64,000 nt of DNA, taken from Pseudomonadota bacterium. Lineage in GTDB: Bacteria; Myxococcota_A; Polyangia; GCA-2747355. This document shows, one piece after another, positions 1 through 9,325 of this stretch. Position 1 is the first letter of the stretch, and each line of letters opens with the position of its first letter. The DNA lies in the NCBI GenBank assembly GCA_016711215.1, contig JADJTL010000001.1:1910-65909 (forward strand). The letters are read 5' to 3'. The position numbers and the translations under genes are program-made. Below the pieces are notes generated by a model. That model searched no databases and was not told the DNA's origin. It saw nothing but the letters and a program-made list of their open reading frames with translations.

Positions 1-255
1 GGCCGCGGTTACCGTGTTGGCGGCATCGCTCGTGGCGTAGGCCTCGTCGTCCGAAACGCTCTCGAGGGGCGCGGCGCCGCTCGGGTCGCGGCGCGCTTGC
101 AGCTCCGTCAGGGAGGGCTGCTCGACCGGCGTGTTGGAGCAGCCGGGTGCCAGCGCGAGTGCCAGTGAAAGGCCAACCGGCGCCAGTCTGCTTAACCAGG
201 ACGCGGGGAGCCACGCGCCCGCGCTGGACGAAACCAGCTGTCTCATTCTCATCAT
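1..255 (-). CDS. lipoprotein, 5' portion only (gene runs off window start)
   Basis: Minus-strand ATG at 255-253 preceded by GGAGG. Translation MMRMRQLVSSSAGAWLPASWLSRLAPVGLSLALALAPGCSN is a signal peptide with lipobox LAPGC. Reading frame stays open to position 1. Confidence 0.45.
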   Translation of the reverse strand, partial: MMRMRQLVSSSAGAWLPASWLSRLAPVGLSLALALAPGCSNTPVEQPSLTELQARRDPSGAAPLESVSDDEAYATSDAANTVTAA

Positions 256-678
256 CGTCAGACCTCCGAGCGCTAGGACGCCAGGGCATGCGCCTCCCAT
301 CGCAGAAGGACGGCATTGCCCCTGGCGGAAGGAGGCAATAGCAAGTACCGCGCCGCGCGCAGCGCGGGCCCTTCCGGGCTGGCTTCGACCCTCGGTGGCT
401 GTGGCACTCGTTCGCACTGCGTCGGTATTGAAGGGTTTCGTGAGTCGGTCGAGCGCGCTCGCCACGAGGTGTGGGCTGGGTCGGTCCCGCCAGGCCGCCG
501 CTCCAAGGGCAGTCAGCGGGGCTCAGCGGGGCTCCGAGCCCTCGGGTGTGGGGGGCCCCCACGCGGCAGCACCGCGCGCCACGGCCATTGCGCACGCCGC
601 TCGGGCGGCCCAGTAGCCCTCCGCGCAGCACTCGCGCTAAGGTGGGCCGCTGCGGCCCGGCGGCCGCAAGGTGCTCTA

Positions 679-1977
679 ATGCCTGATTCATCGCTTTCGT
701 CGCTGCGCTGCATTGCCTGTGGCCAGGTCGAGCCCGTGACCACCTCGCGCTTTCGCTGCAGTGCCTGCGGCGACCTGCTGCGCGTCGACCACGACCTGCC
801 GCGCCTGGCGCGGCGCTATCCGGACCTCAAGCAGCGCTTCGCGGCGCGCCTACAGGAGCTGCGCGAGCCCTATGTGTCAGGGGTCTGGCGCTACCACGAG
901 CTGATCTTGCCCGACCTTCCCGCCGCCGCGATCGTCACTGTCGGCGAGGGCCATACGGGGCTCTATCGACGGAGCGCGATCGATCGCTTCGTCGGGGTCG
1001 CGACGGCGTATATCAAGCACGAGGGCGAGAATCCGACGCTGAGCTTCAAGGACCGCGGCATGACCGCCGGCGTCTCGTGGGCCAAGCACGTGGGCGCGCG
1101 GCGCGTGGCCTGCGCCTCGACCGGCGATACCTCGGCCGCGATGGCCTGCTATGCGGCTGCCGCCGAGCTGCCGGCGCTGGTGCTCCTGCCGGAGAACAAG
1201 GTCTCGATCGAGCAGCTCGCGCAGCCGATCGTCTACGGCGCCCGCGTGCTCGCGTTGCAGACGGACTTCGACGGCTGTATGGGCGTGGTCAAGCAGCTCA
1301 CCGACGACGGGGAGATCTACCTGCTCAATTCGATGAATCCCTTTCGCATCGAAGGGCAGAAGGCGATCGGCATCGAGACGCTGCATCAGCTCGACTGGCA
1401 GGTGCCCGACTGGTTCGTGATTCCGGTCGGCAACGCGGGCAATATCTCGGCGCTGGGCAAGGGGCTGCTCGAGCTGCACGAGCTGGGGTTGATTTCACGC
1501 CTGCCGCGCCTGGCTGGCGTCCAGGTGCGCGCCGCCAATCCGCTCTACACCAGCTTTCGCGAGGGCTTTCGCCAACGCCACCGGATGACGGCGCAGCCGA
1601 CGATCGCCTCCGCCATCCGGATTGGCGACCCCGTCTCCTTCGACAAGGCGCGGGTGGTGATCCAAGGGCTCGAGGGCGTGGTCACCGAGGTCAGCGACGA
1701 GGAGGCGATGGAGGCCAAGGCCGCGGCTGACGCCGCCGGCGTCAACATTTGCCCCAACTCGGGCGTCGCGGTGGCTGGGGCGCGGCGGCTGCGCGAGGAG
1801 GGGGTGATCGCGGCCGGTGCCAGCGTGGCGATTATTGCCACGGCTCACGGCGGCAAGTTCGCCTCGACCACGCTACCCTATCACACGGCCGCCGCGGGCC
1901 GCGGCGCCTATCGCAACCCACCCCGCGCCACGGCGCCGACGGTAGAGGCCGTCCGCGCCGCGCTGCGGGCCGAGTAG
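679..1977 (+). CDS. thrC: threonine synthase
   Basis: N-terminal Cys4 ribbon (CIACG...CSACG), PTLSFKDRG PLP-lysine motif and ~433 aa length. Taken from the ATG at 679 inside the longer track ORF 316..1977. Confidence 0.8.
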   Translation: MPDSSLSSLRCIACGQVEPVTTSRFRCSACGDLLRVDHDLPRLARRYPDLKQRFAARLQELREPYVSGVWRYHELILPDLPAAAIVTVGEGHTGLYRRSAIDRFVGVATAYIKHEGENPTLSFKDRGMTAGVSWAKHVGARRVACASTGDTSAAMACYAAAAELPALVLLPENKVSIEQLAQPIVYGARVLALQTDFDGCMGVVKQLTDDGEIYLLNSMNPFRIEGQKAIGIETLHQLDWQVPDWFVIPVGNAGNISALGKGLLELHELGLISRLPRLAGVQVRAANPLYTSFREGFRQRHRMTAQPTIASAIRIGDPVSFDKARVVIQGLEGVVTEVSDEEAMEAKAAADAAGVNICPNSGVAVAGARRLREEGVIAAGASVAIIATAHGGKFASTTLPYHTAAAGRGAYRNPPRATAPTVEAVRAALRAE

Positions 1978-2017
1978 GGCCTTCAAGCAGGGGGCTTGCC
2001 TTCGAAAGGGGAGACGC

Positions 2018-3427
2018 GTGCCACCACAAGCAGTTGACGCCGCGGCGGCGGAGTGGCTCCAGCGCGTCACGGAGCTCCTCGAGGGCCTTCGGCTGGGTCA
2101 ATACTTCTCGCTTTCCCAACAGCTACCGGACAATCAGGAGTTTCCCCTCGACGGGGGCGGCATGCTGCGCTTTCCCGCCGGGACGGTGGTGACCCTGTCG
2201 GTCAAGCCTGCGAAGGGCGAGGGAGGCGCACGATCCTTCGACCTCACCTTGGATCCGGAGCCGGACGGCTTCCTTACGCTGCCCGCCGTGAGCCCGGGGT
2301 CGCCCGCCAGCAGCCTGCTCCCGCTCCCGCAGCGACTCTTTGCGCTTGCCGCGGCCGCCGGGTTCGCTCGGTTGATGGCTGCGCCGCGGATCGGGAGCTT
2401 CACGGCCACCGTGACCTTGAATGAAGCCCGGGGTGGGCCGGCGGGGCTCTTTCCCCGCTTGCAGGTGACGCAGCCCAGAGTGCAATGGCGGGCACAGGGC
2501 GCGCGGGAAGAGCTCGGGAGGCTGGGGGCGGTGACCCGGGTTGAGCCCTACCTCAGGCAGGTCCTCGATGGCGTGGGAGGCAGCGTCAACGCCTTGCTGG
2601 CGGAGGCCTCGACGGTGCTGGTTCAGCACCTGGCGGCGCCCGGTGTCAGGCGGGTCGGCCAGCAGGCAAACGACACCTTCGGGAAGGTGGCCGGGCAGCC
2701 GGAAGAAGAGGTCTTCAACGACCTCGTGCGGCTCTTGGGCCTCACGCCCTCCAACCCGGGACCCGCCGCTTGCACGGCGGCGAATTGGCTCCGCGGCTTT
2801 CGGGAGTTCCGCTTCCAGTTCTGGTTGATGAAGTCGATCAGTAGCTCTGTGCCCGGTGACACTACGGACCGGGGGATCGAGCTTGTTGCGCCGCTGCCGA
2901 TCGATTTCGCCATTCGGTATGACCTCGCTCGCAAGGTGGTCGTGGTGAGGCTCAGCCGAAATTTCTGGGTGGGGCGCCCGGCGGGGGTCAGCAGGCCCGA
3001 CGGTGGGCGAAAGGAGGGCCTCTTCGTCCGCGGGTCCGGACACGTCATGCGCGCCGAGTGGCTCGAGTTCGAGCATCCTTTGACGGGTGTCGGCAGCGGA
3101 GGGTTCACCGGCGTCGGGTTGGAGACGACAGCCGGCCCGACGCTTGACTTCGCCGTCCTGATTGGGCTCGGCGCCATGTATGCGGGGTCGGATCCGGAGG
3201 CCGTCAGGCCTCTGGCGAATGCCGCGGTTCCGATAGCGGCCAGAGAGATCCTCGGGCGGCTGAACCAGGAGGTGCCGCGCGTCGCCGGCGTGCTCGATGC
3301 CTTGCTGGAGCAGGCGGCGACGCAGGCGCCGCCGCAGCTGCAGGAATGGATCGCCACCGCGCGCTCCGCGCTGACGGTGGAGGGGACCTGTCCCGTGCGT
3401 ACCGTCGTCGCCACCGCGTCGAGGTAG
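2018..3427 (+). CDS. hypothetical protein
   Basis: 469-aa ORF with GTG start preceded by AAAGGGGAG. No recognisable motif and no signal peptide. Confidence 0.5.
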   Translation: MPPQAVDAAAAEWLQRVTELLEGLRLGQYFSLSQQLPDNQEFPLDGGGMLRFPAGTVVTLSVKPAKGEGGARSFDLTLDPEPDGFLTLPAVSPGSPASSLLPLPQRLFALAAAAGFARLMAAPRIGSFTATVTLNEARGGPAGLFPRLQVTQPRVQWRAQGAREELGRLGAVTRVEPYLRQVLDGVGGSVNALLAEASTVLVQHLAAPGVRRVGQQANDTFGKVAGQPEEEVFNDLVRLLGLTPSNPGPAACTAANWLRGFREFRFQFWLMKSISSSVPGDTTDRGIELVAPLPIDFAIRYDLARKVVVVRLSRNFWVGRPAGVSRPDGGRKEGLFVRGSGHVMRAEWLEFEHPLTGVGSGGFTGVGLETTAGPTLDFAVLIGLGAMYAGSDPEAVRPLANAAVPIAAREILGRLNQEVPRVAGVLDALLEQAATQAPPQLQEWIATARSALTVEGTCPVRTVVATASR

Positions 3428-3523
3428 GGGGGCTCGCTGGCGATAAAGCGTCGAGGCGGGCCGGGGACGTCAGCAACGCAGGACGCTTGCCGCTTACCGC
3501 TGCCTTGGGCCATCGTCGCGGAC

Positions 3524-3946
3524 ATGACGATTCATCGGCGTGAGCTTGCGCTCGAGACGACGGCGGCGACGGACATCCTCGACCTGAGCGGCGAGGTCGC
3601 GCGCGTGGTCGCCGAGAGCGGAGTGCGCCACGGCAGCGTGTTGGTCTTCGTGCCCGGCTCGACGGCGGCGCTGACGACGATCGAGCTCGAGAGCGGCGTG
3701 GTCGAGGACCTACGACGCGCGATCGATCGGCTCGTGCCGGCGGACGCTCCCTACCTGCACGATCGGCGCTGGGGCGATGGCAACGGCTATGCCCACGTCA
3801 GGGCCGCGCTCCTCGGCCCCTCGCTGACCGTGCCCCTGATCGATGGGCGCCTGGCGCTCGGCACCTGGCAGCAGCTCGTCCTGATCGACTTCGACAACCG
3901 CCCGCGCTGCCGGCAGGTCCTGGTCCAGGTGACGGGGGAGCCGTAG
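3524..3946 (+). CDS. YjbQ/UPF0047 family protein (secondary thiamine-phosphate synthase-like)
   Basis: 140 aa. The pattern ...DIT..V...V..SG...G.v.vF..HTTAAltinE... matches the YjbQ family. Confidence 0.7.
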   Translation: MTIHRRELALETTAATDILDLSGEVARVVAESGVRHGSVLVFVPGSTAALTTIELESGVVEDLRRAIDRLVPADAPYLHDRRWGDGNGYAHVRAALLGPSLTVPLIDGRLALGTWQQLVLIDFDNRPRCRQVLVQVTGEP

Positions 3947-3978
3947 GCGCGAAGGGCGGGGTTGCGGCGGTGGTGGGG

Positions 3979-4374
3979 CTAGCGAATGACGTGCCGCATC
4001 GCTCGTTGAGCCCGCGACGATCCTGGCGCATTGGATCCATGGGACCGTGAGGAAGCGCTGCTGGTCGCGTCCCTGTTGGAGAGATTGAAGGGCGTGGCCA
4101 TTTTCGCTCGCTGTGTCGCGTCGGCGCGTGCCTGGGCAGCATCAGTTCGCGCGTTTCGCCGCTGCGTCCGCACTTCGTCTACGTAGGTGCGGAGCTGGGC
4201 TGTCGCGCCAGCGGCGGCGTCTCCGAGCCGTTGCAAGAGGGAGCGGGTGTTCTCGCTCGCTCCCTCGTCAGCCGAACCAAGCCAGTCCTGAAAAAAGGCG
4301 CCCTTTGCCGCTGCCGGCGAGGTGGCGAGCAGCAGGCCCAGGAGGCTTGTCGCCACGACCGATCCGCACCTCAT
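3979..4374 (-). CDS. small secreted hypothetical protein
   Basis: Minus-strand ORF whose internal Met is followed by MRCGSVVATSLLGLLLATSPAAA, a signal peptide. The track N-terminus (MGTRIGSRMGTRIGS) only reflects a 24-bp DNA tandem repeat. This call is weak. Confidence 0.3.
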   Translation of the reverse strand: MRCGSVVATSLLGLLLATSPAAAKGAFFQDWLGSADEGASENTRSLLQRLGDAAAGATAQLRTYVDEVRTQRRNARTDAAQARADATQRAKMATPFNLSNRDATSSASSRSHGSNAPGSSRAQRAMRHVIR

Positions 4375-4380
4375 CCCACT

Positions 4381-4508
4381 CGACCCGATCCTCGTCCCCA
4401 TCCTCGACCCGATCCTCGTCCCCATCCGTCTCGGCATTAGAGGCTCCCTTCGTTCGTCTGGCTCGCGTTTGGTTGGCGTTTGGTTGGCGTTTGCCTGGCG
4501 TTTGCCTG
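4381..4508. repeat. intergenic tandem repeats: 24-bp x2 (cgacccgatcctcgtccccatcct) then 11-bp x4 (gcgtttggttg / gcgtttgcctg)
   Basis: Direct reading of the sequence, inside the ~1 kb gap upstream of argC. Confidence 0.85.
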
Positions 4509-4938
4509 GGCCTGGTCAACCGCGAATGCCCATACGGGCCTCCGTGGCTGCCTCGCAGCGCGCCATCCCGTATCGGCGCCCTTGCAGAGCAACTCCCGTT
4601 CCACAAAAACGTGGGTCTGGTTCTTAATTGTTTCGGTGGCAACGCGGCGTCGCGCCCTTAGCCGCCTCCGAAAATCAATGGTCCTTGATACCGGGCCGGA
4701 GCCGCGGAACCCCGCCCAGGAACGGTCCTATTTTCGCTGGAGGTGCGGGCTGCAAAGTTCGGGCTGCGAAGGGCGCGGCCGGCGGCACGCGATGACCGTC
4801 CTCGGGCGCCCGGCCGAGGGTCGATCGCGGCCGTGTTTCCCACGCTTGACGATATGGCGAGCGCTGCGCCAAATTGCCGCCTTTCGCGAATTGTCGTTCT
4901 TCGCAAATAGTTCTTGTTCTTGTTGGGGGGAGGGTTCG

Positions 4939-5970
4939 ATGGCCTTGCGCGTCGCCGTGTTGGGTGCCTCTGGCTATGCCGGGGGCGAGGTCGTGCGCTT
5001 GATCGACGGCCATCCGTCCTTCTCGATCGCCTACCTGGGGGCGCATTCCCAGGCCGGCCGAGCGCTGGGGGTGGCCCATCCGCAGCTCAGCGGCGGTGAG
5101 CGCCTGCTCGCGCCGAACAGCCCCGAGAGCGTACCGGACGTCGACCTGGCCTTCATGGCGCTGCCGCACGGCGCCTCGGCGGCGACCGGCGCGGCGCTGG
5201 CGGCCCGCGGCATCAAGGTCGTCGACATCGGCAGCGACTTCCGCATGGACACGGCCGCGCGCTACGAGGAGGCCTACGGCGCCGCGCATCCACTGCCCGA
5301 GGAGCTTCCGGCCTGGGTCTACGGCCTGCCCGAGCTCTTTCGCGCCCGTATCGTCGGCGCCGACCGCGTCGCCGCCCCCGGCTGCTACCCGACGAGCTCA
5401 TTGCTCGCGCTGGCGCCGCTCCTGCGCCAGGGGCTGATCGGCGAGCAGGGCCTCGTGATCAACGCGCTCTCTGGGGTCTCGGGCGCGGGCCGTGCGCTGC
5501 GCGAGGATCTGCTCTTCGGCGCGGTCGCCGAGAGCGTGCGCGCCTATGGCGTGACGAACCACCGCCATCGGCCGGAGATCGAGATGGGCCTCGAGCTGGC
5601 CTGTGGCCGCCCGCTGCGCGTGCTCTTCACGCCGCACCTGATGCCGATGCAGCGCGGCATGCTCGCGACCTGCACCGCGCCGCTGGCGCGTGCGGTGACC
5701 CGCGCGCAGCTCCTTGCCGCCCTGCGCGAGGCCTACGCCGACGCGCCCTTCGTCAGCGTGATCGACGACCCGCCGCAGACGCGCTGGGTCGTCGGCTCGA
5801 ATCGCGCCGTGCTGACGGCTTACGTCGACGCGCGGACCCAGAGCGCGGTGGTGCTGAGCGTGATCGACAACCTGTTGAAGGGCGCCGCGGGCCAGGCCGT
5901 GCAGTGCGCCAACCTGATGTGCGGGCTCGACGAGGCGGCAGGCCTGCCGCGGAACGGAATCATGCCATGA
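4939..5970 (+). CDS. argC: N-acetyl-gamma-glutamyl-phosphate reductase
   Basis: MALRVAVLGASGYAGGE NAD-binding start, ~344 aa. Its stop overlaps the argJ start (ATGA). Confidence 0.9.
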   Translation: MALRVAVLGASGYAGGEVVRLIDGHPSFSIAYLGAHSQAGRALGVAHPQLSGGERLLAPNSPESVPDVDLAFMALPHGASAATGAALAARGIKVVDIGSDFRMDTAARYEEAYGAAHPLPEELPAWVYGLPELFRARIVGADRVAAPGCYPTSSLLALAPLLRQGLIGEQGLVINALSGVSGAGRALREDLLFGAVAESVRAYGVTNHRHRPEIEMGLELACGRPLRVLFTPHLMPMQRGMLATCTAPLARAVTRAQLLAALREAYADAPFVSVIDDPPQTRWVVGSNRAVLTAYVDARTQSAVVLSVIDNLLKGAAGQAVQCANLMCGLDEAAGLPRNGIMP

Positions 5971-7160
5971 AGAAGCCCTTCCCCGCTGACCCCGAGGCCG
6001 AGGGCGCGATCGTCGCCGCCCGCGGCTTTCGCGCGGTGGGCCTGGGTTGCGGGATCAAGCCCCAGGGCCTCGACCTGGCGCTGCTGGTCGGGGAGCGCGC
6101 CGTGCCGGCCGCGGCGGTCTTTACCAGCTCGCTGGCGGCCGCGCCGCCGGTGCAGCTCAGCCGCCGACATCTCGCGCAGCCCTATGCTCGCGCCGTGCTG
6201 GCGACCTCCGGCTGCGCCAACGCGGGCACCGGCGCGCCGGGTCTGCAGGCCGCCGAGCAGTCGGTGAGCGCCGTGGCTGCCCAGCTCGGTTGCGCTGCCG
6301 AGGAGGTGTTGGTCTGCTCGACGGGCCTGATCGGGCCGCGCCTGCCGGTGGAGAAGATCGTCGCGGCGCTGCCGCAGGCGGTCGCGGGGCTCGACCGCGG
6401 TCGCGAGGCGGGGCGGGCCGCCGCCGCGGCGATCTGCACGACGGACAGCCGCAGCAAGCAGTCGCTGCGCCGCGGCGGTGGCTTCGTCGTAGGCGGTATG
6501 GCCAAGGGCGCTGGGATGATCTGCCCAGACATGGCGACGATGTTGGCCTTCATCACGACGGATGCCGTCGTCGATCCGGCGCGGCTGGCCCGCAGCCTGC
6601 ATGCGGCCGTCGCCGTGTCCTTCAACTCGCTCAATGTCGATGCCTGCCAATCGACCAACGACACCGTCATGGTCCTGGCCTCGGGAGCTGCTGCGGTCGA
6701 GCCGACCGAGGCCGAGTTCACGGCGCTTCTGAGGGAGGTTTGCTGCGACCTGGCCTTCCAGATCGCCGCCGATGCGGAGGGCACGACGCGGGTCGTTCGG
6801 CTGCGCCTGCGGGGCGCCACCGACGATGCCGTGGCTCGAAAAATCGGCAAGCATGTCGCCAGTTCGGACCTCGTGCGCGCGGCGCTCTGGGGCGGCGACC
6901 CGAACTGGGGCCGCATCCTCGCGGCGCTCGGTACGGCCGGCGTGCCGCTCGATTGCCAGGCCGTCGAGATCGACTACGCGGGCGTGCCCACCTGCCGCGC
7001 TGGCGCGGCCGTGCCCTTCGACGATCCGGCGCTGGCGGCCCAGGTGGCCACCGGCGACTTCGCGATCGATATCAGGGTCGGTACGGGACCCGGCTGCGCC
7101 GAGGTGCTGACCGCCGACCTGACGCCCGACTACGTGGTCTTCAACGGGGAGCGCTCGTGA
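5967..7160 (+). CDS. argJ: bifunctional glutamate N-acetyltransferase / amino-acid acetyltransferase
   Basis: ATML(A)FITTDA autoproteolytic threonine motif, ~397 aa. Confidence 0.9.
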   Translation: MKKPFPADPEAEGAIVAARGFRAVGLGCGIKPQGLDLALLVGERAVPAAAVFTSSLAAAPPVQLSRRHLAQPYARAVLATSGCANAGTGAPGLQAAEQSVSAVAAQLGCAAEEVLVCSTGLIGPRLPVEKIVAALPQAVAGLDRGREAGRAAAAAICTTDSRSKQSLRRGGGFVVGGMAKGAGMICPDMATMLAFITTDAVVDPARLARSLHAAVAVSFNSLNVDACQSTNDTVMVLASGAAAVEPTEAEFTALLREVCCDLAFQIAADAEGTTRVVRLRLRGATDDAVARKIGKHVASSDLVRAALWGGDPNWGRILAALGTAGVPLDCQAVEIDYAGVPTCRAGAAVPFDDPALAAQVATGDFAIDIRVGTGPGCAEVLTADLTPDYVVFNGERS

Positions 7161-8098
7161 GTCGGCCGGACGATGGCGAGGAGGTCAAGACCGGCCTCAC
7201 GACCAGCCCGGGTCCGGCTGCCGCTGGCGCGGCGCGGGCGGCGACCACGCTCAAGGCGCGCATCCTGATGGAGGCCAAGCCCTACATTCAGGCCTATCGC
7301 GGCAAGATCGTCGTGATCAAGTACGGCGGGTCGGCGATGACCGACGAGGCCCTGCGCGAGAGCTTCGCGGGCGACGTCAGCCTGCTCAACCTGGTTGGCA
7401 TCAAGCCGGTGATTGTCCACGGTGGCGGGCCGCAGATCACGCGGGCGATGCGGCAGGCGGGCGTCGAGCCGAAGTGGGTCGATGGCCTGCGCGTCACCGA
7501 CGCCGAGTCCGTGCGCGTGGTGCAGACGACGCTGGTCGGCGAGATCAATCCGGACATCGTGCGCCTGCTCAGTGGGCATGGCACGATCGCCGCCGGGCTC
7601 AACGGCCTCGACGGTCAGCTGCTGGTTGCGCGGCCCAAGGACGCGCGCCTCGGCTTCGTCGGCGAGGTCGACGAGGTCAATCCAGCGATCATCTTTGGGC
7701 TGCTCGACCGCGGCATCGTCCCGGTGATCGCGCCGATCGGCCATGGGCGCGACGGCGCGGCCTACAACATCAACGCCGACACGGCGGCGGCGGCGGTGGC
7801 GGAGGCGATCGGCGCCGAGAAGTTGGTCTACCTCACCGATGTCGAGGGGCTCTACCGCGATCTCGGCGACCGCAACAGCCTGCTTCCGCGGATCAGCCCG
7901 GCCGGGGTGCGCGCGCTGATCGACTCCGGCGCGATCTCGGCCGGCATGGTGCCAAAGCTGCTCTCCTGCCTCGCGGCGCTGAAGGGCGGCGTCCAGCGGG
8001 CGCATATGCTCGACGGTCGTCTCGAGCACGCGCTGCTGCTCGAGATCTTCACGCCCGAGGGCGTCGGCACGATGATCACCGCGGAGGATGAACCATGA
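7157..8098 (+). CDS. argB: acetylglutamate kinase
   Basis: GKIVVIKYGG...VIVHGGGPQI motifs. Start taken as GTG 7157 overlapping the argJ stop (GTGA). An alternative start is ATG 7268. Confidence 0.85.
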   Translation: MSRPDDGEEVKTGLTTSPGPAAAGAARAATTLKARILMEAKPYIQAYRGKIVVIKYGGSAMTDEALRESFAGDVSLLNLVGIKPVIVHGGGPQITRAMRQAGVEPKWVDGLRVTDAESVRVVQTTLVGEINPDIVRLLSGHGTIAAGLNGLDGQLLVARPKDARLGFVGEVDEVNPAIIFGLLDRGIVPVIAPIGHGRDGAAYNINADTAAAAVAEAIGAEKLVYLTDVEGLYRDLGDRNSLLPRISPAGVRALIDSGAISAGMVPKLLSCLAALKGGVQRAHMLDGRLEHALLLEIFTPEGVGTMITAEDEP

Positions 8099-9276
8099 GC
8101 GCGAGCTGGCCAGCGCGGGCCGACGCCGTGCTGATGGCGACCTATCGCCGCGCGCCGATCGTCTTCGTGCGCGGCGAGGGGAGCTGGCTCTACGACGAGG
8201 CTGGCAAGGCCTACCTCGACTGTCTGGGCGGGGTGGCGGTTTGTTCGGTGGGCCACGCCAATCCGCGCGTCGCGCGGGCGATCAGCGACCAGCTCGGCAC
8301 CCTGGTCCATGTCTCCAACCTCTTTTACACCGTGCCACAGGTCGAGCTGGCGGAGCGGCTGGTCGCGCGCTCGGGCCTCGATCGCGTCTTCTTCGCCAAC
8401 TGCGGCGCGACGGCCAATGAGACGGCGATCAAGCTCGCGCGGCGCTGGGGTCAGCAGGGCGCGCAGCGGCGCCACGGCGTCATCTCGCTGCTGGGCTCGT
8501 TCCACGGCCGCACGCTCGCCACGCTGGCGGCCACCGGGCAGCCCGAGAAGCAGGCGGTCTTTGAGCCGCTGCCGCCGGGCTTCAGCCAGGTGCCGCCCGA
8601 GGATCTCGACGCGCTCGCCGCGGCCATCGAGCCGACCACGGTGGCGGTGATGATCGAGACCCTGCAGGGAGAGGGCGGCGTACGCCCGCTCGGTCCAGCC
8701 TACCTCGAGGGCCTGCGGCGCCTCTGCGATGAGCGCGGGCTGCTGCTGATCGTCGACGACGTGCAAGCGGGGATGGGACGTTGCGGTCGCTGGTTCTCGT
8801 GGCAAGATCTCGGCCTCATGCCCGATATCGCGACCACGGCCAAGGCCCTCGGGGGCGGGCTGCCGATCGGCGCCTGCCTGGCCCGCGAGGGGGTCGCGGC
8901 GGCCTTTCGCCCGGGAGACCATGCGACGACCTTCGGCGGTGGCCCGGCCGTCTGTCGCGGCGCCCTCGCGGTGCTCGACGAGATCGACGAGCGCGACCTG
9001 CTCGCCAACTGCGTGGCTCGCGGAGCCGAGCTGCGAGCGGCGCTGGAGCGCGTGCCGGGGGTTTGTGCGGTGCGCGGGCGCGGCCTGCTGCTGGGCGCGG
9101 TGCTCGAGCGGCCCTGCGCCGAGGCGCTGGTGGCACGCGCGCTCGAGCTCGGGTTGGTGGTCAACAACGTGCGGCCGGAGGTGGTGCGTTTCGCACCGCC
9201 CCTCTCGATCACGACCGGCGAGGTCGGCGAGGCAGCGGAGCGTTTCGCGCGGGCGTTGGTCGCGGTCGCGACCTGA
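8095..9276 (+). CDS. argD: acetylornithine aminotransferase
   Basis: Class-III aminotransferase motifs (LIVDDVQAGMGRCG, TTAKALGGG). ATG overlaps the argB stop (ATGA). Confidence 0.9.
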   Translation: MSASWPARADAVLMATYRRAPIVFVRGEGSWLYDEAGKAYLDCLGGVAVCSVGHANPRVARAISDQLGTLVHVSNLFYTVPQVELAERLVARSGLDRVFFANCGATANETAIKLARRWGQQGAQRRHGVISLLGSFHGRTLATLAATGQPEKQAVFEPLPPGFSQVPPEDLDALAAAIEPTTVAVMIETLQGEGGVRPLGPAYLEGLRRLCDERGLLLIVDDVQAGMGRCGRWFSWQDLGLMPDIATTAKALGGGLPIGACLAREGVAAAFRPGDHATTFGGGPAVCRGALAVLDEIDERDLLANCVARGAELRAALERVPGVCAVRGRGLLLGAVLERPCAEALVARALELGLVVNNVRPEVVRFAPPLSITTGEVGEAAERFARALVAVAT

Positions 9277-9325
9277 GCCGAGCGAGCAGGCAGTCGGCGA
9301 ACAGGCAGTAGAAGGAGCGACGCAG

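Noticed and set aside
316-678. N-terminal 120-aa extension of the thrC ORF in the track, and the overlapping ORFs 131-616 and 147-341
   Set aside because: Gly/Ala/Arg-rich with no homology. thrC homology begins at the ATG at 679. The region is better explained as a divergent promoter between thrC and the upstream minus-strand lipoprotein.
6047-7156. N-terminal 370-aa extension of the argB frame
   Set aside because: It overlaps argJ in another frame. ArgB homology starts at ~7157-7270.
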